Shown here: positions 25,132-32,000 of the stretch, piece after piece
Layout: the number at the start of each line of letters is the position of its first letter
How positions within the stretch are numbered: position 1 is the first letter of the stretch
NCBI RefSeq assembly: GCF_000253055.1
Contig: NC_016070.1
Coordinates: 1,380,001-1,412,000 of the forward strand
Direction: 5' to 3'
DNA: 32,000 nt
DNA from: Thermoproteus tenax Kra 1
GTDB lineage: Archaea > Thermoproteota > Thermoprotei > Thermoproteales > Thermoproteaceae
The notes under the pieces: model-generated
The model's input: the letters and a program-made list of their open reading frames with translations, nothing else
Told to the model about the DNA's origin: nothing
The model's database searches: none
Position numbers and translations under genes: made by a program

Positions 25132-27024
25132 CTACACTATGCTTCTTATAATCTCGTCTATCGCCTTAGTTCTAATGGCGACCGCCACAGCAATGTAGTG
25201 GAACACTACAGTGACAGCCGCTACCAACAGAGTGTCCCACGGGAATGGTATCACGGTATTCAGCCCGAACGGGCCGTAGTATGAGATGATCAACATAGTG
25301 ATCATATAGGCAGGAAGCCAGAGCCCGGCCTTTATCTCTAACTTTGCCTCAGGCCTCACAGCTCTGTACATAAACAGCAGACCGAGGCCTACGGCTGCCG
25401 ATAGCGCCACTATGAAGGTCCAGAAGGCTACATCATTGGGGGCGGACAGCCCGTTCGTTGCGCTGTACAGATACCAGAGGGATAGAGCTATAACTATCGC
25501 GGAGCCCCAACCTAGAGCGTTTGCGCGCGCCTCGCTCAGCCCAAGCATCTTATGTCCATAGTAGCCTAAGAACAACGGCAAGCCTGCAAATACCGATACT
25601 ACTACCATAGAGAGAGTTGCGAAGCCTGCCCAATACACTACGAGACCCGCCGCGGCCGTTGCTATTGGCGCTATTATGGAGGCGCCCTTCAGCTTGAACG
25701 GGCGGTTAAGCTCTGGAGCGGTCCTCCTCAAGGCCTCTAGCCCTATACCTCCCATCATATACGTGAGAACTGTGGCGGACCCCTCGTAGGTGACTATAGC
25801 CTGCCAGGTGGGGAAGGGCAGAAGGAAGAGACCCCCTATTATTAATCCCACTATTAACGACAGGGTGGGCACCTTGGTCTTACCGAGTTTCATAAACATC
25901 TCTGGCAGATATCCGTTGGCGGCCAAGCCGTATAGAGACCTGGTTGTCGTGCCCGTATATATCCAACCGGTGCCCATAGGGGAAATTACGGCGTCTATAA
26001 GTAGCACTATTATGATGATGCCTAAAATGGGCGCCAAGAGGGGCTTTATCTCAGCTATATATGTTATAATGCTTGCGTAAGGGCTTGACGCTATGTTGCT
26101 GTTGGGCAATGCAGTCCAATTGCCCGGGGTCACTGCGACGCCGGAGACTGTTATACGGCTCCAGTCAAGAGCTCCAATAAACGCTGTTTGAAGGAGTGCG
26201 TAAAGCAATAGCGCTATAAGGAGCGTGCCCACTACCGCAAACGGTATGTCCCTCTGGGGGTTCCTTCCCTCGCCTGCATATTCTATCGATTGCCTGAAGC
26301 CTGAGTAGGAAAACACTATACCCGCCGCAGGTATTGCGTACAATATGGCGGTCCATCCAACATATGGTGCTGTACCAGTTGTGGGTATGAAGCCTCCCCC
26401 CGCCGTCAAATTCAACGCATTGAAATATGTAGAAACCAATATGAAGCCCGTGACGGCCGGGACTATTAACTTCCACCAACCCGTTAAGTGCGATGCAGTC
26501 CCTAAGACTTTAACTCCGAGATAATTTAATAATCCATAGAAAATCATAAAGAGAATTACAACTGAATAATATACGATTTGTGATTGTGAGATTTGTGGTA
26601 CCAAATAAGTTAAATAATTGGTGGAAGCCAAAGCCTCTGTGGGGGCCGTCGTAGCTGCCGATAAGAGATAGGCCCACGCCATTAAAAAGCCGGCCACTCC
26701 TCCGTGGGTATAGTGAGCGTATCTGACGATGCCTCCCGACTTGGGGATCGCCGAGCTTATCTCAGCGTAAGCTAACCCTATCGTCAACATCAAAAGCCCA
26801 CCTATGATCCAAGAGAGTATGGCGGCAGCGCCCGCATAGGAGGCGGCGTATAGAGCGGCGAAGAGCCAACCTGAGCCAATCACGCCGCCCAACGAGAGAT
26901 ACAGGAGCTCCCAACGCGATAAGACTTTGCGCAGTTCTTTGTCGTAAACAATGCCCTTGTCAGGCGCGATGCCGGTCTCCTTGTCGCGGCTATTTTGATA
27001 TCCTTGATTCATGAAAATTATCAT
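25132..27024 (-). CDS. APC-superfamily amino acid permease
   Basis: LSLGGVIGSGWLFAALYAASYAGAAAILSWIIGG, EISSAIPKSGGIVRYAHYTHG, about 14 hydrophobic segments, FSYSGFRQSIEYAGEGRNPQRDIP. Confidence 0.94.
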   Translation of the reverse strand: MIIFMNQGYQNSRDKETGIAPDKGIVYDKELRKVLSRWELLYLSLGGVIGSGWLFAALYAASYAGAAAILSWIIGGLLMLTIGLAYAEISSAIPKSGGIVRYAHYTHGGVAGFLMAWAYLLSAATTAPTEALASTNYLTYLVPQISQSQIVYYSVVILFMIFYGLLNYLGVKVLGTASHLTGWWKLIVPAVTGFILVSTYFNALNLTAGGGFIPTTGTAPYVGWTAILYAIPAAGIVFSYSGFRQSIEYAGEGRNPQRDIPFAVVGTLLIALLLYALLQTAFIGALDWSRITVSGVAVTPGNWTALPNSNIASSPYASIITYIAEIKPLLAPILGIIIIVLLIDAVISPMGTGWIYTGTTTRSLYGLAANGYLPEMFMKLGKTKVPTLSLIVGLIIGGLFLLPFPTWQAIVTYEGSATVLTYMMGGIGLEALRRTAPELNRPFKLKGASIIAPIATAAAGLVVYWAGFATLSMVVVSVFAGLPLFLGYYGHKMLGLSEARANALGWGSAIVIALSLWYLYSATNGLSAPNDVAFWTFIVALSAAVGLGLLFMYRAVRPEAKLEIKAGLWLPAYMITMLIISYYGPFGLNTVIPFPWDTLLVAAVTVVFHYIAVAVAIRTKAIDEIIRSIV

Positions 27025-27101
27025 TTATATATCCCATTTATAAATGTATATTTGGGCTAGATGCCTAAGTGCTATTTTAATATTAGGCCCTTAGTACGTC
27101 A

Positions 27102-27824
27102 ATGAATGAAACCTCATCGGCCTATGTAGTTGTAGCCGCCCTAGCGATAGCCATCGCCTCATATGTAGCCGTGAAGATAGGTCTCTCACGCCTTGCGGAC
27201 AAATTGGGCATCGAGCTGCCAGCGTTCTTCACAGGCGTTTCGGCTCTCTCCGCCTTCACTATATTTTTATCGATTACTTCAATAGTTTTTAACCTATTAC
27301 CACTATTTACATTAACAATAGTAATTCTTGTTTTTATTTTGGTAGGATTTCTTATAGCAGTACGGCATGTTCTGGAGGAGTACTTCGCGGGCACTCTGTC
27401 CTCTAAAATCTATGGGATACATGTGGGCGACTACATACGCCTGGGAAGAGTCGCAGGCTACATCACAGCGATGAAGCCCACTTCTCTCGTCGTGCGCGAC
27501 ATGCGCCGCAACCTCGTCTACATACCCTACACCAAGCTACTTCACGAGGTCTTCAGAGTGGTTAAGATAGAGGAGGGCTATGAGCTCAGAGTCTACATAT
27601 ACGTGCCGCATGGGACAGATATTTCTAAACTGAGGGATGAGCTGGCAACTGTGGCGGCTGAATACGGCATAGAGGGCTTCAGAATAGACCTAGAGCATAT
27701 AGGCTTTAGAGGCGCCGTGCTCGCCGCGCGCGGCATACTGAGAGACCCAAGGAGGGAGGAGGAGGCTCGGTTCGCGCTCCTAGACAAGGCATATTCCGTT
27801 CTCACGGCCGGAGGTCTGAAATAG
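27102..27824 (+). CDS. MscS-like mechanosensitive channel family membrane protein
   Basis: Hydrophobic N-terminus followed by GTLSSKIYGIHVGDYIRLGRVAGYITAMKPTSLVVRDMRRNLVYIPYTKL beta domain. Confidence 0.72.
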   Translation: MNETSSAYVVVAALAIAIASYVAVKIGLSRLADKLGIELPAFFTGVSALSAFTIFLSITSIVFNLLPLFTLTIVILVFILVGFLIAVRHVLEEYFAGTLSSKIYGIHVGDYIRLGRVAGYITAMKPTSLVVRDMRRNLVYIPYTKLLHEVFRVVKIEEGYELRVYIYVPHGTDISKLRDELATVAAEYGIEGFRIDLEHIGFRGAVLAARGILRDPRREEEARFALLDKAYSVLTAGGLK

Positions 27825-27858
27825 AGCTGGGAGCTCCGCGCCCGGTCGGCGTGTTAAT

Positions 27859-28491
27859 CTAAGAGGACAGATCCTTTAGGGAATCTATGGGGCCTATGGC
27901 CATGAAATAGTCGCCTTCTTGGATCTCCGAGTCCGGCGATGTCGTGAATTCGTCGCCCCTCAAAATGGCGGCTTTAACTCCGTATGACTCATCGACGTCT
28001 CTTATAGTGTGGCCTAAAACCTTGGAGTCCGACGTCACCAACATCTCAAGGAATCCTATGTTCCCTCTTATGGGGGTAATCCTCGTGAACTTCAGGTCTA
28101 ACACTCTATATAGCCTTCCCAACAGACACTGGGATGCGCTGACCGCGATTATGCCGAACTTGTCGGCCTCCTCCTCGAAACGATTATTGCGCAATACGGC
28201 CACCACGCGCGGAATCCCTCTGGATCTGCAAAACTTAGCTAAAGATATATTTAGAGAATCATTGAATGAAATAAAAAGAGCAATCTCTATATCTTCTAAT
28301 CCAATTTTATTTAATAGCTCTTCATAATTCTCGCTTTTTATAGTATGTATATAAACTGGATATTTTGTGAACTCCCTTCCTCTATCTTCATTCGAGACCA
28401 AGTGGATTATGTATCCATTTTCGGCCAACGCCTCAATGACTATTCTCGTCAGATCGTCGCCACTGTCGAGCACGAGAGCCCTCTTGGCCAC
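27859..28491 (-). CDS. TrkA-N/TrkA-C (RCK) domain potassium transport regulator-like protein
   Basis: Rossmann-like N-terminus, ALFISFNDSLNISLAKFCRSRGIPRVVAVLRN; C-terminal SKVLGHTIRDVDESYGVKAAILRGDEF...IQEGDYFMAIGP. Confidence 0.8.
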   Translation of the reverse strand: MAKRALVLDSGDDLTRIVIEALAENGYIIHLVSNEDRGREFTKYPVYIHTIKSENYEELLNKIGLEDIEIALFISFNDSLNISLAKFCRSRGIPRVVAVLRNNRFEEEADKFGIIAVSASQCLLGRLYRVLDLKFTRITPIRGNIGFLEMLVTSDSKVLGHTIRDVDESYGVKAAILRGDEFTTSPDSEIQEGDYFMAIGPIDSLKDLSS

Positions 28492-28529
28492 GAGATACCA
28501 GGTGAGTATTAATATATCATTGGGCGTTG

Positions 28530-29681
28530 CTACTGCCTAAATAGTTGAAACATTAGTACTACTATTATTACCTCTAAATATATTATAAATAATTTTATAT
28601 TTTTTCTATTGTTTAAAAATATTGATATAAATTTATAATATATTAATGACCCTATTAAAACAGAGATAATACCCTCGAACGCGCCGTAGGCCAACGGTAG
28701 CGCCGAAGATATCGAGAGACCCGTGAAAAATTTTGCTAAGTTAGATGCCGATCTGCTCGTTATCCTTGACCTTGTTGCAAATAATATTATTTTCTCATTT
28801 ATTATAGATAATAAACTAATTACTATATAAATAATTATTACTAATAAGAAATTGAATAAAATTATACTTTGATACTCCTTTGAGTAATTTGCTATAACCG
28901 GCACCATCTCGGTCGCGCCCAAAAGAGAGAATAACAATGGGAACTCCCAAGGGGCGTGGGGGGCCATGTGGTCTCCCGCCAACAGAGCTATGTCGCCGGA
29001 GGTGTGAGTTATCCGCGAAGTGAGCGGCTGATAGCGCCGCCCATATCTCTCCTTTACAAACTTAATATAGAGGTCATAAGATCTGGGGCCAACCGATCTA
29101 TAAACATACACATCAGCTTGTATCTCCAATATTCTTATAATTACTATCAATAAATATAAAGTACTTATTATTAGACTCGATGAAAATATGTATATATATT
29201 GTGGAGTTTGAGGGCCCATTAATATATACATAGAGGAGAGGGCGGAGACTTCCCCGAACAGCATAGAGCCTATCGTCCAGACTTTGGCAGGATGTCTAAA
29301 CCGCGCGTGCGCCTCCTCATGCAGGGCGATAAACCTCTCGACTTCGGCGTCGTCGGCGATGACCACAGAGATGGATCTGTAAAGGCCGCCTACAGTGAAG
29401 CCGCGGGGCTTGTCGTGAGGCGAGCGTACTCTTACTATCTTGAACTCCCTCTCGAGACCGATAAGGCGGCCGACGGTCTCCTCCACTAGATATACTGCAA
29501 AGAGGAATAGAGAGGCTCCTGACGATAACAAAAGCAGGTAAAGCTCAAGAGACGCGTACGGGCCTCCTAGCATGGGTGAGATCAACCTACCCAACGTCTC
29601 AAGTAGGTAGAGTATGAGCAGACCTGAAGGCACTAACGCAGACGATAGAACGAGCGATAGTCTGACGATGCTGATTTGCAC
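28530..29681 (-). CDS. integral membrane zinc metalloprotease-like protein (M48/M56-like)
   Basis: HEEAHARFRHP zinc-binding motif between multiple TM segments. Confidence 0.72.
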   Translation of the reverse strand: MQISIVRLSLVLSSALVPSGLLILYLLETLGRLISPMLGGPYASLELYLLLLSSGASLFLFAVYLVEETVGRLIGLEREFKIVRVRSPHDKPRGFTVGGLYRSISVVIADDAEVERFIALHEEAHARFRHPAKVWTIGSMLFGEVSALSSMYILMGPQTPQYIYIFSSSLIISTLYLLIVIIRILEIQADVYVYRSVGPRSYDLYIKFVKERYGRRYQPLTSRITHTSGDIALLAGDHMAPHAPWEFPLLFSLLGATEMVPVIANYSKEYQSIILFNFLLVIIIYIVISLLSIINEKIILFATRSRITSRSASNLAKFFTGLSISSALPLAYGAFEGIISVLIGSLIYYKFISIFLNNRKNIKLFIIYLEVIIVVLMFQLFRQ

Positions 29682-30118
29682 GTGAACATTAGAATTATAC
29701 TTTTGAGTTTAGAGGCTCTCTGTCAGTCTTTGTTCCGTGTCGCCGGCTATCCTTGAGGGGCTCGGGCGTGCCTATAGATACGCCTTCGGGCAACCGCAGA
29801 AGCGCGGAGGACTTGTCGCGCGAACGGTCACCGCGGGCTACGACGATCGGCCGAACCCCCAGAGCTTGTTGGCCCATAGTGAGAGGGGGCCACGAGTTTA
29901 AAAGCGAGATCCCTTGCCGCAATCTGCGCAGTCGGATGACCTCTCTCCTCGCCCCTGCCGTCCAGGAGTTGGGTTCTACAAATGTGTCACAATGGGTTAG
30001 GAGAGTGCGATTGTCGGGAGTCAACTTTCTATCATTTCGGATATCTGATGATAGGGGCGCCGAAAGTTGGATGAGGCGTTTTATGTTGATATAAATCGTT
30101 TATCCCTCTAATTAAGTC

Positions 30119-30232
30119 ATGGACCCAGAGGCTATATATATCCTCGACACTCTTGACGACATAAGTCAAGAGGAAATGTGCAATGGCGTCTCAGCTACGG
30201 CAAGGCCCGCCGCTAGCCATGCAGATCTTTAG
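30119..30232 (+). CDS. putative 37-aa leaderless mini-ORF overlapping glycosylase start (MDPEAIYILDTLDDISQEEMCNG...)
   Basis: TATA-like ATATAAA about 25 nt upstream of ATG 30119; ends 14 nt into downstream gene. Confidence 0.35.
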   Translation: MDPEAIYILDTLDDISQEEMCNGVSATARPAASHADL

Positions 30233-30779
30233 GCCGTATATAGACTGGAGCAGAAGCGCCGGCGTATTGGACGACAAAAGGCTAGGAAAGCAGAGAGTGG
30301 AGGCTAAACAAGTCATACTGGCTATATTGAGGAGGCTGGGGGTATTGCAGGACGGAAGGAGGGGATGGCTGAATCACCCAATCGTTCTGTTGTATTACAA
30401 TAGAGGCATACCATACATAGAAGACTTAATAGGCTTCTTCCACGCAACCGTTGAGGAGTGGGTTCGTAGAGGACACCAGAACAACATCTCTCTCGATGAT
30501 ATAGAGTCCTTGCTCTCTAGAGTCCCTAGGGCCAAGGGCACGCCTATCACTCACGTCCACGAGGTAGAGTATAGAAGAGTGCTTCTGCTCAAGGATCCCT
30601 GCCATTACTTAAGGAAGTTCAGCAAAGAGGAGGTAGAGGAGGTGGTCGAGAGCGAGCCGGTCCCCCTCAAGGGGATAAACACTTGGATATTCGACGTCTA
30701 CGAACAATATGGGGAGTTCGTGCGGAGGCTCAAGTCGGGCGACATCGATTGTAGACCTATTTTCCCAAGGAGGATTTAA
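30219..30779 (+). CDS. pyrimidine dimer DNA glycosylase-like protein (T4 endonuclease V-related family)
   Basis: MQIFRPYIDWSRSAGVLDDKRLGKQRVEAKQVILAI; WLNHPIVLLYYNRG. Confidence 0.8.
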   Translation: MQIFRPYIDWSRSAGVLDDKRLGKQRVEAKQVILAILRRLGVLQDGRRGWLNHPIVLLYYNRGIPYIEDLIGFFHATVEEWVRRGHQNNISLDDIESLLSRVPRAKGTPITHVHEVEYRRVLLLKDPCHYLRKFSKEEVEEVVESEPVPLKGINTWIFDVYEQYGEFVRRLKSGDIDCRPIFPRRI

Positions 30780-31273
30780 CGGCGCAGACGTAACCTTAAG
30801 AAGCATTTGTCGCAGAAGCCCGGCCCCTTCAAGTCTGTATCATGAACCGTGTTGCTGAAGTACATAACGCACCGCGGATCCCCGCAGTGGCCTAAGCCGA
30901 ACGTGTGGCCTAGCTCATGGATTATCTCTTTGGCGATCCTCTCGTAGAACAGCTCTCGCTCAGCCGCAAGTCTCTCTGTGAAGACTACGGCTATATTGCC
31001 TTGAGCTACACCAAAGACGAAGTTAAGACCAGGGACGTATCCGTCGCCTACAACAACATAGACTGCTCTGTCGCGCCCTCTGGGTCTCGGCAACAGAGAC
31101 AGCGCCTTGTCGGCCCTAATCTGTCCCCTTCGTGCATCAAACGACCGTGCCTTGACCTCGGACAGATCCGCCTTCTTCAGCTCGACGCCGACGAGACCTC
31201 TAAAGGCCGAGGACACTGTGTCAATGACGTAGTTGGGCAGGTCGAGCTCCGCGACTATGAGGACAGAAGCCAT
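30776..31273 (-). CDS. amzA: archaemetzincin family zinc metalloprotease
   Basis: KEIIHELGHTFGLGHCGDPRCVMYFSNTVHDTDLKGPGFCDKC; start probably MASVLIVAELDL at 31273. Confidence 0.94.
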   Translation of the reverse strand: MASVLIVAELDLPNYVIDTVSSAFRGLVGVELKKADLSEVKARSFDARRGQIRADKALSLLPRPRGRDRAVYVVVGDGYVPGLNFVFGVAQGNIAVVFTERLAAERELFYERIAKEIIHELGHTFGLGHCGDPRCVMYFSNTVHDTDLKGPGFCDKCFLRLRLRR

Positions 31274-31298
31274 ATCTATTTGTTCTTGAGAACTTTTT

Positions 31299-31994
31299 AT
31301 GAACAAAGTTATTGAGGCGCTGAGGCGAGGCGCCGTGATAGGCCACAGAGGCTATCCTCTGAGACGGCGGGAGAACACTCTGGCCTCATTCGCCGCAGCT
31401 ATCGAGGCAGGCGCCGATATTGTCGAGATGGACGTCCGGTCCACAAAGGATGGAGTAGTCGTGGTCTCCCACGACGACAAGATAGCTGTGGCGGGCGGGT
31501 ACGTCGACATTAGGGAGTCGAGGTGGCTCGACATATCTACAATTAAAGTGGGCGGTGAGCCCATCCCCCGCCTCGAGGATGCGCTCTCGTTAATAGACGG
31601 AAAAGTCGGCGTGTTTATCGAAATAAAGGATCCTGCGGACGCCCCGCTGGTCGCCGAATTAGTGAAGGGTATGTCCGCTGAGAATTGGGTTGCCGTGATA
31701 AGTTTTCACGAAGAGGCGCTGATGAAAACTAGAGGACTCGCGCCATTGGGTCTCATTTACGCCCGTCCGCCCGGCAAGATAGAGACGGCTAGACGGCTCA
31801 GTTGTGACATAGTCCTGCCCAACTTCCGGTTGGCCACGGCGAAGGCCATAGCCTTTGCCCATAGACTCGGCTTGTTGGTGGCCGCTTGGACGGTCAACGA
31901 CTACGATGTTATGAGAATGCTCTGGGCCAGAGGAGTTGACGGAATCGCCAGCGATGACGTAGAGTTGGCCGTTAAATCAAGAAAAAGTATTTAG
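31299..31994 (+). CDS. glycerophosphodiester phosphodiesterase
   Basis: VIGHRGYPLRRRENTLASFAAAIEAGADIVEMDVRSTKDGVVVVSHD; FIEIKDP; VAAWTVNDYDVM. Confidence 0.94.
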   Translation: MNKVIEALRRGAVIGHRGYPLRRRENTLASFAAAIEAGADIVEMDVRSTKDGVVVVSHDDKIAVAGGYVDIRESRWLDISTIKVGGEPIPRLEDALSLIDGKVGVFIEIKDPADAPLVAELVKGMSAENWVAVISFHEEALMKTRGLAPLGLIYARPPGKIETARRLSCDIVLPNFRLATAKAIAFAHRLGLLVAAWTVNDYDVMRMLWARGVDGIASDDVELAVKSRKSI

Positions 31995-32000
31995 TTATTC

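Noticed and set aside
29753-30094. 113-aa plus-strand ORF
   Set aside because: Arg/Ser/Pro-rich translation typical of spurious frames in GC-rich DNA, without a supporting promoter.
1-32000. CRISPR array, cas genes, complete IS element or provirus
   Set aside because: No regularly spaced repeats, no Cas or transposase/integrase motifs found; most genes are conserved archaeal housekeeping functions.
1-32000. SRP RNA, 5S/16S/23S rRNA or RNase P RNA
   Set aside because: The conserved motifs I looked for (for example GAGGAAAGTCC-like RNase P CR-I) were not seen on either strand; this is a visual check and an Infernal scan would be needed to be certain.

Overview
The window looks like an ordinary chromosomal segment of a hyperthermophilic crenarchaeon, most likely order Thermoproteales (Thermoproteus/Pyrobaculum-like). 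This is inferred from intron-bearing tRNAs, leaderless promoters and gene content. It is mostly housekeeping: Bud32, COG1407 metallophosphoesterase, Clp1-type polynucleotide kinase, PriL, AGOG 8-oxoG glycosylase, a three-gene modified mevalonate pathway module (aconitase X small/large plus UbiD-family decarboxylase), Hsp20, tRNA splicing endonuclease, GlyRS, a ureohydrolase, RpoP, NadM, APC permease, MscS-like and TrkA-like proteins, a membrane metalloprotease, pyrimidine-dimer glycosylase, archaemetzincin and GDPD. Three tRNA genes carry introns; the Arg(CCT) and Lys(TTT) genes share two identical introns. The best candidate for an undescribed system is the tightly overlapping minus-strand operon at 6143-10252: a 946-aa AAA+/winged-helix ATPase, a ~166-aa unknown protein and a NurA-family nuclease. 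It is preceded by a perfect palindrome at the promoter and flanked by an IS200/605-like hairpin cluster. Other items are a VirB2/CedA1/TedC-like pilin candidate, a palindrome embedding the promoter of an orphan ParA-like ATPase, a tRNA-Pro/C-D-box sRNA candidate tandem, structured non-coding candidates, and two apparent homopolymer frameshifts. All functional calls are from reading motifs; no database search was run.
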